DNA of 64,000 nucleotides from positions 11,966,001-12,030,000 of the forward strand of contig JBHGNT010000008.1 in the NCBI GenBank assembly GCA_043228905.1, given 5' to 3'. The position numbers were made by a program, and so were the translations under genes. The stretch is from Azolla caroliniana. Lineage: Eukaryota > Plantae > Polypodiophyta. Shown in pieces: positions 11,510-24,700 of the stretch (positions within the stretch are counted from its first letter, which is position 1; each line of letters opens with the position of its first letter). The notes beneath the pieces are model-generated. The model searched no databases, was not told the DNA's origin, and worked only from the letters and a program-made list of their open reading frames with translations.

Positions 11510-14500
11510 TGTTGAGAATCAAGCTCAACACAGCACAACGTGTGAACACACCTTTTGAGAATCTATAATTACTCAAAGAGTCACACCACTACTCTCTACA
11601 CATTAACTATGTGTCATAGAATCATATTCTATGACACATAACTAATGAGTTACATAATCTCCATGACTATGAGTCTTCACATTCCCCAAGAGAGAGAGTG
11701 GTTGTTGTAAGTTAATGAAGAGAGAGGGTTACTCTATATAAAGCACCCTCCTCATACTTCATACCAAGTCGGTTGTGACTCCTTGTAATGCTACAACTTT
11801 GTATATCCATTCTACTTATGAAATATACATCTTCTTCTTGAGTACTTCATTTTTGTCTCTTATCCATCTTGTGTTTCTCTCCTCTCCTCTTTCCTCTCAC
11901 ACAAAAACATAACACACATCTCTTCCGCTACACAAGAATCATACCATCAATTCTTTACGTGGTATCAAAGCGATTTGGTAGCTCAATCTAGCCCACTCGC
12001 CTCATCGTGATCGTGTGTTGTGCTCTACACTGACGTTCAAGAAGAACCGGCTCATCGCTATCGTAGTGCGACTACATAGCTCGTCTTCGAGAGAGAAGGA
12101 AAAGAAAAGAAGGAAGAAATCTACATCGACAATGAATACTCAAATGGGGAGCGCTCTCCCTAGCGAGAAGTTGGATCGCAACAACTTTGCATCTTGGGAG
12201 TACAAGATGCACCAATACCTTGTCAGCCAAAGCTATTGGAGCTACATCAAAGGAGCACAAGAAAATCGGCTCAACCCGGCAAACGTCGAGCCGACTATGC
12301 AACGTGGGAGCGAGCGGCAAGCCAAGTGATGTATTGCTTGGTGACATGTGTTCACAACCACATGCTCGGGTACATTCGAGAAGCCAAGACGCCAAAGGAA
12401 GCGTGGGAGAATCTACGAAAGATTTTCGCTGCCAACACCACCGCAAGAAAGCTTCAACTCCGCCAAGAGTTGAATAATATCCAACAAAGGGATTTGTCCG
12501 TCACGAGCTAGACCTTGAAGATCAAGGAGCTTTGTGATTCGCTCGGCTCGATAAGCGTAAACGTGGAGGATGATGAGATGGTGCAAATATGTCTCAGCGG
12601 CCTTGCACCACGATTCGGCGCGATGCGGACCACCGTACTAGCACGGGAGAATCCGCCCTCCTTCTTCGATCTTCAATCCATGTTGTTGGTCGAAGAAAAC
12701 CATGTTCGAACAAGGAGTAATAGCTCGGGAGGCCAAAAGCTCTACACGCACTTGGACAGAGGAAGAGGACATGGTCGTGCAAGAAGAGGTTGATTCAGCC
12801 AAGGACGAGGTGAACGACGCCCAACTTACAAAAACAACTCGCAATTTCGGCATCAAGATGGAAGCCATCAAGGAACCTTCAGAAGAAGGGGGATATTCCA
12901 TTCCGGTCTAAACCGACAAAGCTCGGTCAAATGCGGATATTGCGGAAAAATCGGTCACCACGAAGAAGAATGCCATAAGAAGATACGTGAGTTGGCCTCC
13001 ACTAGCCGACTACTTACCAACTACATCATCAACTCCGACTATGACGATTGCGGCGGAATGTTCGTGATGAGACATAGAGCGAATTCTATGTCGGCCTCTA
13101 CTTCTACTAATGCCTCCGGTACGGAAGACGTATGGTTCGTCAATTCCGATGCTCGAACCATATGACGTCGCATCAAGAATGGTTCCGAGAACTTCGAGAG
13201 CCGGATCGACTCGGCTATGTAGAAACCGGAGACGACACTATGCACCTGATTCCTCACATCGGCAATGTTCCGTTCAGAGAAGAAGGTAAGCAAACTTATA
13301 TTAAAAATTTCTTGCATGTACCTACTATCACGAAGAATTTGGTCTCCGTCGGCCAAATTGTAGAGCAAGGAATGCAAGTACGATTTAAACAAGGTGGTTG
13401 CTTCATCGAAAAAGAGGGCCGACTCATCACACGCGGAAGAAGAGAGGGTTGAATGTTCATTCTCGACTCACATGAGATGAAATCGGCCATGTTCGCAAAG
13501 GGCATGAAAGCCGATTCCAACATAGAGTTATGGCACAAGCAGATTGGCCATATCAACCTCCAAAAGCTCAAGGCAATGCAATCGAAAGGAGTCATCATCG
13601 GGCTCCCGACATTCACGGAGAAAGAGATTGAAGACGTGTGTGCCACTTGCCAATTTAGCAAGCAACATCGGCACCCATTTCCGAAGGAGCGGAACGTGAG
13701 CAAAGGCGTACTCGACATAATTCATTCCGATGTATGGAGTTCGGCTCAAACAGCGACATTCGGCGGATGCCGATGCTACGTGACCTTCATTGACAACATC
13801 TCTAGGCACACTTGGATCTACCCGATGTGACAAAAGAGCGAAGTGTTCGGATAGTTCCAAAAATTTAAGAATGAAGTCGAGAAAGCCATGGGCCAACATG
13901 TACGATGTCTTCGATCGAATGGAGGCAAGGAGTACTTCTCCGACGAATTTTCAGTGTTTCTACGAAAAGAAGGAATACAGCGAGAGTTTTCATGTCAACA
14001 TACACCACAACAAAACGGAGTGGCCGAACGCAAGAATCAGCAAATCCTCGAAGTGGCACGGGCTATGCTTAACGAAAAGCACATGCCAAAATCGTATTGG
14101 GCGGAAGCCGCTAACATGGCCGTCTATCTCATGTATCGGTGTACGACATCAGGTGTGCACGAACTTACTCTGCATGAGAAGTTCTTTGGAAAGAAGCCGG
14201 ACCCATCGCATGTTCAGATATTCGGTTCCATTGCATACGGGCACATCCCTGACGAGAAGCATCAAAAGCTTGACCCGAAGTCGGAGAAATGTATCCTCGT
14301 AGGATACTCACTGGAGCAAAAGGGGAGCCACGGGCCGACATGTACGATGTCTTCGGTCAGATGGAGGCAAGGAGTACTTCTCCGACGAATTTTCGACGTT
14401 TCTACAAAAAGAAGGAATACGGCGAGAGTTTTCGTGTCGACATACGCCACAACAAAACGAAGAGAGGATGAAGATCGCCTTACGCTGTCGGGGTAGTTGT

Positions 14501-17409
14501 GGTTCGTGCGGCGAAGTCGCAGGGACTAAGGTTAAGGGGGAGTTGAAGGAACTTTTATAAGGCTTGCGCACAAATGTTAGGAAGATTAAGGATAAAAAGA
14601 ATAAGAGTTTAAAGTAATGTGTGTGAGAGAGAGACAAGTATAGAAAAAGGATAGAGACAATGTATGATTCAAGAAGCAAGATAGAGACAAAGTATGATTT
14701 AAGGAATTAAAGTATATGATATGAACATGATGTATATTACGAATACAAGATTTTACCAATTTTACAATGCTTGATAGCAAGATGAACCCATTCTCTATCG
14801 ACCCTTGATTTGAACCCTTGACTCGAACTTGGAAACACGAGCCTCTTCACCAACAAGCTAACTTATTATTTGTTTCTTTGATTATGTTCTAACTTTCTCT
14901 TTTCTTGATTGATCCCTGTTTTCCCTTGCCCCTCTTTATATAAGTGTTGCCATGCATATGGTAATGTATGGGAGCATGGCATGCATGCAATGCATGAGTT
15001 ACATGTAATGCATGATCGCCATTTGGCGCACATGTATTGCACGTGATGCATGGTAGCCTTCATGCTCACTTGAGCTCCCATGTATTGCACGTGATGCATG
15101 GTAGCCTTCATGCTCACTTGAGCTCCCATGTATGAAAATAGATATGGGATAAGTATAATGATGAAAATACATTCTAAAATAACTAACCTAGCTTAGTGGT
15201 ATATACTTTGTGTTTGGCATACAAGGTTGAGAGTTCAAGTCTTTCAAATTTACTTAATACAATATATAGCTTCATTCTTATATCATGAAGCACAATTATT
15301 ACACATTTTTACAAATAAATAGCCTAGCCTAGTGGTATGTACATTGTACTTCGTATATAAGGATGTGGGTTCAAGTCTCTCAAATATTATTAAATACAAC
15401 ATTTAAGCTCATTTTTATATCGTGAAGCACATTCTTCACGACAACGCGTCGCGCCGCATGTTTGAAGAAAGTTCGATCACGACCCGACTGAGCGGACCAC
15501 AAGAGCCTTTGAGCGATCAAAGCACATCTCGACCAAGTCCGAAGTTGGACAAAGGGAAGGCCAAAATGCCGGAGTATGAAGATGCTCATTTCGATGGCAA
15601 CGAGTTGACTCACTCCCTCGATAGTGAGTTCGAAGGCCTTGACATCCGGACAAATGGAGTGAAGAAAGCCTTAGAATCCGCAAACGAGAAGTTATGCTGA
15701 TCCACCTGTGAAAAGAACCCTGTAAGCCGCTTCAACTACGATGAGTATATGGCATACCATTACGCCTTTATGATGAAGGTCGCAATAGTACGGGAGCCGG
15801 AAACCTTTTCCGAAGCCGCGAAGAACCCGCGATGGATCGAAGCAATGAGCGAGGAGATGCGTGCACTATGCAAGAACGACACATGGGATATCGTTCCCCA
15901 CTCACCGCACAGGAAGGCGATCAGATGTAGATGGATCTACAAGGTGAAGTATAATGCCAACGGCTCCGTCAACCACTACAAAGCTTGACTCGTAGCGAAA
16001 GGATACGCACAAACACATGGCGTCGACTACGAAGAGACCTTTGCCCCGGTGGCAAAGATGACGACGATGCGGACCGTGATCGCACTTGTAGTGGCAAAAG
16101 GGGGTCACCCCCACCAAATGGATGTCAAGAACGCCTTTCTTCAAGGTGAATTAGATGAGGAGGTGTACATGGTACAACCACCCGGCTTCGAATCGCGCAT
16201 TCATCCAAAAGCCGTATGCCAACTCAAGAAGCCTCTCTACGGCCTCACTCGACCCGACCTTAGTTATCTAGTTGAACTCCTTAGCCAATTCATGCAAACT
16301 CCGCGAGATATCCATTTAGATTGTGCTAAGCGAGTATTACGATACGTGAGCGGCACAATGGATTACGGCATTCTCTACGCATTGGCCACACCAATACGAC
16401 TCAAAGGGTATACAGAGGCGGACTGGGTTGGCTACAAAGCCGATCGACGATCGACCTCTGGATTTGTCTTCTCCCTCGGTAGCGGAGCGATTTCGTGGAG
16501 TAGCAAGAAGCAGTCGTAGCTGCATGTGAAGCCGTATGGCTCCAGAGGATTTTGAAGGATCTGGGCGTTCCCATCCAGGATCCGACTCCCCTTTACTGCG
16601 ACAACATGAGCAATATATATCTGGCTCAGAACCCGGTGTTGCATGCACGCACAAAGCATATCGAAGTGCACTATCACTTCATTCGAGAGCGCATACAGGC
16701 CGGAGATGTCAACCTTCAACACATCAACACGAATCTTCAGACGGCCGACATCTTCACCAAAGCCTTAGGAGCCAAGAAGCTTCGGCAATTCATGTCAGAC
16801 CTTGGATTGACGATCCCTGACTTGCCAAGCTTGAGGGGGAGTACAAGCGAGAACCGGATACCGTCCGAACCGGGTACGAGCCGAAGCGGACACCAGAGAT
16901 CATCCGAACCAGATACCAACCGAAGCGGACATCAATCGAAAGGAACCAACCCGAGTTGAGCTTGAGGGGGCGTGTTGAGAATCAAGCTCAACATAGCACA
17001 ACGTGTGAACACACCTTTTGAGAATCTATGATTACTCAAAGGTCAAGAGTCACACCACTACTCTCTACACATTAACTATGTGTCATAGAATCATATTCTA
17101 TGGCACATAACTAATGAGTTACATGTTCCCCATGACTATGAGTCTTCACATTCCCCAAGAGAGAGAGTGGTTGTTGTAAGTTAATGAAGAGAGAGGGTGA
17201 CTCTATATAAAGCACCCTCCTCATACTTCATACCAAGTCGGTTGTGACTCCTTGTAATGCTACTTATGAGATATACATCTTCTTCTTGAGTACTTCATTT
17301 TTGTCTCTTATCCATCTTGTGTTTCTCTTCTCTCCTCTTTCCTCTCACACAAACACATAACACACACATCTCTTCCGCTACACAAGAATCATACCATCGA
17401 TTCTTTACA
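11510..17409 (+). mobile_element. Ty1/copia LTR retrotransposon B, both LTRs present but internally rearranged
   Basis: LTRs 11510-11959 and 16973-17409; perfect TSD GTTCT (11505-11509/17410-17414); PBS TGGTATCAAAGC 11960; PPT GAGGGGGCG before 16973; gag (EKLDRNNFASW), GAG-pre-integrase, INT, RT, RNase H fragments with many stops. Confidence 0.96.
14544..15438 (+). repeat. Foreign LTR-like segment (TGAAG...CTTCA) preceded by PPT-like AAGGGGGAG, inside copia B
   Basis: Terminal inverted TGAAG/CTTCA; 48-bp tandem repeat 15031-15130; two tRNA-like units 15189-15381; no TSD. Confidence 0.6.
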
Positions 17410-17467
17410 GTTCTAAATACACATGTCCTAGTAGAGCGGAGGTAACATGTATTGATTTTTTATTTCA

Positions 17468-18775
17468 GGTGGCTTGTTCCTCCATATCCTAGACTGCTGA
17501 ACTTTGCAATGTTTTGCAAGACAAAGGAGGACTTTAACAACATATATGGTCTGTCGCTAGAGGGTATTGACCCTGATGTTCTAACAGATAAATTGAATAG
17601 TCATGTGTCAGTCTATAAAGTGCCCAGAGTGAAAGGCTCGATGAATCTCAAGCATGTACGATAGGAGCTATATGAAGACTGCATGAAGCTCCACCAATAA
17701 GTACATCAAGAGATCCCAGTCAACAACGAGTTGTCTGTTGCATTCGCTAGAGCTTTTGCATACGAGTATTGCGAAACAACGAAGGAAGCAATAGAACCTG
17801 AAATGTACAGGGTAGCTTGGGCTATTTATGGTGAGGCATCGGTAGAATGAGGTCGGAAGCTTGGGAGCTTGCAACAAAAAATGGCAAGATTCTGGAGCAT
17901 GGCAATTGATGATGCAATTGCCGACTCCCAACAAACCCACAAGTTTACACCACACTAAAACATAATGAAAGCCAATGTCGATGATACAGGTGAGACATTG
18001 ATTAGCTATATGCTGAAAAATGTCCATGAAGCCTGTGAGACATTGGAGGCAACAAAAACTGATTTAGAGAAATCAACATTGGTTGTTGCGATGGAGAGCA
18101 AAGTCACTTTGGTAGTGACAACAATTAGAAATAAGATTCAGGTACCTATTGTTTTGCTAGTATGTAACATGTTATAAATAACTTGTACATGAAAATGTGC
18201 TTAGTGAGGCATTATCTAGAACAGGTTCCTCAATATGAGCTCGAAATTGAGGGGCCGCTAGATCCCTAGAGGAAAATACAACTACAAATAGAGATCCAGG
18301 TTCTTTCAATGAACCTGGACCTTCTAGGTGTAAATATTGTCGCTCATTACAATTTGGAGAACCTCCAAGTAAGTTAATGATTCTTGTTTCTTATTGTTCT
18401 ATCTTGCTCATTAAGGAATGATTTATCAGTTGTGTTCTAGGAACAATACTCCCGTCAAGAACAAGTAGTTAGTTGCCTTAAGAAGCAGCTACATTTTGTG
18501 GAGGGGATGGTAAGGAGCAGACAAGAATTGAACCTCAACATTCTTGCTCCCTTACCAAACGAAGGAGAACCAGACAACGATATATTGACTGTTCAAGCAC
18601 GTTGCATCGCTTGCGGCTTAGGCGTAGAGGACAAAACTGCTACTCTGTTGGTATACCTACGACCATGCGAGCACACATACCATATCGTTTGTTTTCAATA
18701 TGTCTGTCACACTGCTGCAGTCTGTTTGGGGGATGGCAATACAGCTCTCCCAAATGAGTGGAGAAAACTAACAGG
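17468..18775 (+). pseudogene. Multi-exon gene relic ending in a RING-H2-like domain
   Basis: CIAC-x17-CEHTYHIVC-x10-C pattern in ORF 18498-18815; GT/AG-bounded exon-like blocks (17468, 18140, 18368, 18440, 18773); premature stops. Confidence 0.55.
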
Positions 18776-21700
18776 TAAAATTGTTTCTTGTCTCTATAGT
18801 GTAGTAGCTAATTAGTTAAGTCGTATAAAGTGTGGACAAAACTGCTACTCTGTTGGTATACCTACGACCATGCGAGCACACATACCATATCGTTTGTTTT
18901 CAATATGTCTGTCACATTGCTGCAGTCTGTTTGGGGGATGGCAATACAACTCTCCCAAATGAGTGGAGAAAACTAACAGGTAAAATTGTTTCTTGTCTCT
19001 ATAGTGTAGTAGCTAATTAGTTAAGTCGTATAAAGTGTGGTGGTTATTTAGTTGTTATGGTTTAGTAGTGTAGTAGCTAATTAGCCACAATGTAGGTAAT
19101 TAGCTAAGCGGTATAAAGTATAGTAGCTAATTAGCTAAGCAGTATAAAGTATAGTAGCTAATTAGCTAAGCGGTATAAAGTAGTAGCTAATTAGCTATTG
19201 TAGCAGCTAATTAGCCTTCGCAACTTGATTCGAATAGGCTTCACCACTCTTGCCGGTTCCTCTCTGTTAGGCTCTAGAACCGGTTCTTTTTGCCAAGATG
19301 CATCTGTTGTCCAGCCGGGGGTATGCTTTGCTAGAAGCTGCTACCATTTGGAAGGTTGTTGTAGTTTTCTTTTTGCCTTTGCCCTTTTCTTTGGCTTGAT
19401 GGTGCGTGGCAATGGCACCAGCACCGTCAGCCACTGCGTGACTCCAATCCACACGTTTTCTCCATCTACCACCACAGAGATTGTTGACCGAAGTGATTCT
19501 GCGACAATCAAGGGCCAATACACCCGCAAGCCTTCAAAAGATGCAATTAAAAACCCCGCCTTGTTCTTCGGCATGGCAAGTGGTTGGGGATGCATGAAGT
19601 CGTACTCGAGCAGAACTCTGCCTACGTCCCGAAATAAGGGGTTTTGCCCACCCTACATCCGGTGCACCTTGCTTGATATGGAAAACTCCTCGAAATAATA
19701 TGCCAGAATCGTTGTGCATGGGTTCCCTATTGAGTGCAATCCTTCCGATGGTAATTCTATGCCCGCTTGCACAATCACTTCTGAGATGCCCTCAATACCA
19801 ATCATTGTTGAGACTTTTTATGGTTCTTTATGTGGTGGAGCTTCTGCTACCTGGATGAATCCTTCGAGTCCCTTCTGTTGGAACCAATCTTTTGCTTCTG
19901 CCGAGAGGACCATTGGTTTCGTGTCTTCTACGTCGAACTCGTTCCGGAGTAGATGTGCTTGTGCTTTGTCGGTGTTCTAAGTTGTCTGCGTGTTTTGTGC
20001 TCTTGAAATCTTCTTATCACGAAATGAGACTCCTTCGTTTTTCCAGAAATTTTGTATCCCCATCTTCCTTAGCCGTCTATTATTGACTCCCATGCTTGCA
20101 CGTTGTGTATCATTATAGTATGATTATGATGCATGGTGCTCCTTAAATGTGGCTAACATGTCTTTTCCACTCGCCTTTTCATTATTACCATTCAAAATCT
20201 CATATATCTCTTCTTCTTTTTTCTTCGTGCTATTATTATTGTTATGGTTATTACTATTATCATTACCCTCTTTTTTGTTTCTTTTTTATTTTTCTTTCTT
20301 TCGTACATTGGAAGTATGACAGAATCTACTTACTAACTCTGGATGTCGTTGATTCCTCCTTCACCATTTGGTTGTGTCGGTTCTCCAACCTCAGTGTCAT
20401 TGGTTGTTTAGTCGGTAGCCTCCTTGCTCCGGTTGGTAGGCACATCTGATTGATGTTTGGTCCCCTTCTCCGGCAGCCGGTTCTGCATTGTGCTCCGTTG
20501 TCTTTATTGGGTTTGCCAGCATCGGTCCCTTATATGGTTTGAGCCGGAAACCATTTACCCATTTTTCTAGTAACTCTCTGACTAACATTCGGATCGGGTA
20601 CGATCCTTTAAACTCCCTTGTTATCCAGTATGGTTCAATCCAACGGAACCGGAGCTTTCGCAACATGCTCCCCATTCGTGCCTGAAACACTAACACCAGT
20701 TTACCGATTACAAATTCCTTCTAATTTCCTTTCCGGTGTCGATCGACGAACACCTTCTGTTGACACTGCTCCAAAACCAATTGCATCAAAATCAAGATCT
20801 GGTGCTCTTCCAGGTCGCACAGGGTTTCCAATTGGTCCCGTTCCGATTCCTACTCACTTAACCGTTCGCGTACTTCTAGTCTCAAGGTGGGAATCTGGAA
20901 CTCCATTGGCATGACTGCTTCTAAGCCGAATTCCAGCCGGAACAGTGTCGACAAGATGCTCATCTTCTAGGTTGTCTGGTAAGCCCACATAGCATTTTGC
21001 AGCTTTGTATCCCAATCCGTCCGGTTCTCGTTCACAATTTTCCGTAATATGTTCTAGAGCATCTTATTTGTCGACTCCGCTAGTTTGTTTGCCTAGGGGT
21101 AATACAATGTGTTCTTCCTTTGGACTACTACGTAAAATGTCGTCAAATTTTCAACCACTTGACCTATGAAATGTCCACCTTGCTCGCTTAGCAACTCAAT
21201 CGGAAACCCAAACTAGCACCATATATACTCATATAGAAATTTTGTCGTGGATGCCGTCGTGTTGTCCTGGAGTGCCTTTGCCTCCATTCCAATAGCGTCT
21301 TTGGGCTACCGGTTTCGCATCCTTGCTCAGGTGGATCTGGTGTTGATATAGCTTTGGATCCAACCCCCATATATCCTCATATGACCATGTGAATACATCC
21401 TTGAACGCCTTTAGTAACTTGACCATTTCCATCGTCTCTTCCAGTGGCATCTGCTTGGCCACATTTACCTGTCGTGGTTCCTTGCTTGTGCCGAGATCTA
21501 TTTCCTCTAGCGTTGAGGCTTTTACTTGTTGTGACACGGTCAACTCCTTCTCTAAAGCCTCTTGTGCTTGCCGGAGTTCCCGAATCGCCTCCCGATCCAG
21601 TTCGTCTGTATCTTATTCCCAGGTTGTAACGTACAGTGTGATCACTTCCAATATGTCCAGCTCGAACATCAGACTATTTTGGGATTTTCCTCCAAATACT

Positions 21701-24700
21701 GGTCCACTTCCTTGTCGACCAACCCATCCAACATGTTGATTCCTTCAACATACAATGGTGTCACTCTTTGCTCGTGCCGGCCTATTCTTGCAACGGTACC
21801 CGGACCTTGGTTTTGTTGTGCCAGAAACTAATCATATTCTTTTGCCAATTTTTCTTAATGTGGGCCGTCTTTAGCCAGGGTCTGCCCAACAATAAAGGGG
21901 ATGCTCCTAGTGCGTTTAAATGCAACACGACTGCAGAGATCCAGAATGTGTGTCCTCCGATTGTGATCTCCAAGTTCCAGGTTAGTTTGATTGGTTAGAC
22001 CAAACTTGTGTCTACCATTCGCAACCAAAATAGGCACGGATCCCATTCCCGGATTCCCAACGTATCGCATGTTCTTCTGCTAATTACATTTACTCAGGAT
22101 GATTACCGTCACAACCGAACTTTTGGTGTCCACCATTGTCGACCCTCTGCTCTGATTTGTGAAGAATGTGGGTGTCGTTGCCGGTTTTGGTGGTGACAAT
22201 GCCGATTGCAGGCTTTTGGTGAACCAGGGGACCAATTGCAATAGTCGGCCTAGTGGCAACATGATTTGGCATTGCTGCAGTGATTGCCATGATGGGTCTT
22301 CGTCCGTGACTCCGGTTCCTTCTTCCTGTTGTTTGGCGTGTTCCTGCATCTCGTCGATGTTTCATTGATTAGCCTGTTGTATCCACTTCATAGCTTGTTT
22401 GCGGATCGCTTCTTGCATCTCCCATTCTGCAGCCTTTCCTTTTTACTAGGTCGTGACTTGCTAGACATTCGTGACCTCGGCGATTACCATATTTACTGCC
22501 GACTGTTTCTCCTTACTCTTCACCAGGCATTGACTACTATAGTGCCCTTCTTGCCGGCAATAATAGCAGCATATCTTCCGCCCCCCGCTTTATTCATCTT
22601 TTTCCTCGCTTGTCGGTGGTATACCAGGAGCCATCTAATTGGCCCCCTTCGATCTTCGTTGCTCTACCTGTGGAATAGCCTAATTCCTATCTGGGCCCCA
22701 ATGGTATTCTCGGTCTGTGTCCTTACGCTCATTGCTTCGATTGAAACTTCCCCGCGGTGGTTGGGATGGGGGTGGTGGTTATCGTATCCCTGTCTATCCG
22801 GGTATTGTCGTACTGATCCTCGTCTCCGGCTATAGTACGGAGAGTAATCCCTCTCATAATAATCCTAGAAGTAATTGTCTCTCCGTCGATCCTCAAAATG
22901 GTATCTGCCCTCTGGTCTATAGTGGTCCTCTCTGCGGAACCGATCCTCGTCAGGTCTGTGGTGTGTATCTTTCAATGACACAATAAACATTGTGACCGCA
23001 TCATACATTCGAAGATGGAATGGTTGAGGTTCAAACACGTCGTACATTGAACTGCCTGTCGGAAGTGAAGTTCCTCCTCTCGGGGCAGTGCAAGCTGTAG
23101 GGCACCCATTGCCATATAATTACCGTCTGGGCCCTATCCATATCGAGCACTCGGTCAACAACCTCATCGATAGTACTCATCTGGAACTATTAACATGGTT
23201 AGGGGTGGCTCCCGGAGAGCTTCCAAAAAGACTGATTTAGCTTCATCCTCCCAGGGTGCCCTCATCAGTTTGTTGTGCAGCGTCTAGAATCAGATGATAA
23301 ATTGTGGTAGGGCTTCATTTACTTCTTGGCATATAGTATAGAACCATCCAACTCGCTCTCTCTACCCCATCTGTCGATGAAACTGCCGCAGGAACTTATC
23401 CCGTAGGGCCTGAAATGTAGCAAAGGTCTCCAAAAGATGTTTGGCATGCCAATGCACCGCCGGTCCTTCCAAATTTAGCCCAAATTTAGCTATTTTTTAT
23501 CATTCGGCTTCCGCTTCCGCTAGCCATTGTGAGACATGGTTGTTCTCCCATGTCTATAAAAAGGCATAGATGTGTGCCTCCGTGTCTAGTTCATCATGGT
23601 ACTTTGGGTATGATTAGGACATGTTATCTTCTTCCTCGACCTGTTCCATTTCTGGTATGGGTTCGTGTATCGGTGATGTTGGCATGCGGTTGTGTTCCTC
23701 CTCTGATTGTTGTTCTAGAATTTCTTGTTCCATCGGTGTTGGTAACAGAGTTTCCGACTTCAATGTGTGCTCGGATTCGTCTTCCTCCGGCTCGTCCGGA
23801 GTGTCGTGCCTGGATCTGTAGTTTGAGTGGACGCTTCACTCGTCATTGTCTGATCCTGACTCGAATGCCGAAAAGGCCTTCGAATAGTTGGTACCTATTG
23901 CTAAAGTCTGCAATATCGATTCGGTGTCGAGTTGACTGGTAAGGCTGCTTCCTTCGTTTGAGTGTCATTGATTTTGAATCCGAACCATTTCCTCTACGAC
24001 CCACCGGAGCACTCTTGGAAAAGATCGATCCTACCAGATCTCTTCTGCCGCTTGCTGGTAACCTTCCCACCTCCACAGTTGTTCAGCTAATCTTCTTGCT
24101 CACTCGGTCACTAGGTCATTCGTCTGTCTAGACATCTGTTCCCCATTTGTTCACTGCTCTATGCAGGAATTGTGGTCGCCAAAACTATGTTTATCTTGGG
24201 CCAGACTAGCCACAAACAGAGGGTGTCCTTCCGAAACACGTCTCCAGAATCATGGATGATCATTCGGATCTTATTCATTTAACACTGCCCGGTTACTTTC
24301 TGGAACTACTTCCAGAATCACACAATTATCCGAAGCTTAATTACACACATAAGATTATGAATGATGGCACAGACGGCAAGCAAGTACACAAGATAGACAA
24401 TAAGATTTAACAACATCAATGTTTAATGTTTGTATTACTTCCGTAAAATTTATACATCAATCCAAATCCTTTAATAGGCATCCGGTAAGAGTTACAAAAT
24501 GGTGTCTATCAACTACCGGCTACTAATCGGTGCGGATCCGGATCGGTACAACTATCCGGAACTGTCCTTTCCTTAATTAATAACTACTATTTACATAATA
24601 TACTTTCGACCCAACTCTTCCCTGTCCACACTTCTCCTCCAGATTATACTCTAAAGGCCAACACATACCCTCTCTCGGTGACTAGATTTTGTACTATGCC

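Larger units (their letters stand above)
10426..19215. mobile_element. CACTA-like DNA transposon relic (host to copia B) with spliced-gene remnants
   Basis: Left end CACTATTATAGCTAATTAGCTGCTA; right end TAGCAGCTAATTAGC (19201-19215) is the inverted copy minus the terminal 10 nt; arrays of GCTAATTAGC subterminal repeats (10434-10487, 18805-19215); no transposase motif recognised. Confidence 0.5.
8936..24663 (-). mobile_element. Ty3/gypsy (Tat-like) element, degenerate: 5' LTR 24188-24663, PBS, gag, PR, RT/RH deleted, INT fragment, long 3' region with extra ORF; split by insertion 10426-19215
   Basis: PBS TGGCGACCACAATTCCTGC (rc ~24163-24181); gag/PR fragments homologous to 59812-62800 (CQIMLPLGRLLQLVP, LLLGRPWLKTAH, HLSKDAKPVAQRRY); integrase C-term KWVNGFRLKPY at 20397-20696; purine tract next to LTR at 8936. 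Confidence 0.8.

Noticed and set aside
15189-15381. Genuine tRNA genes
   Set aside because: A/B boxes are present but I cannot fold a complete cloverleaf with acceptor stem; treated as tRNA-derived modules. The same applies to 32084 and 53991.
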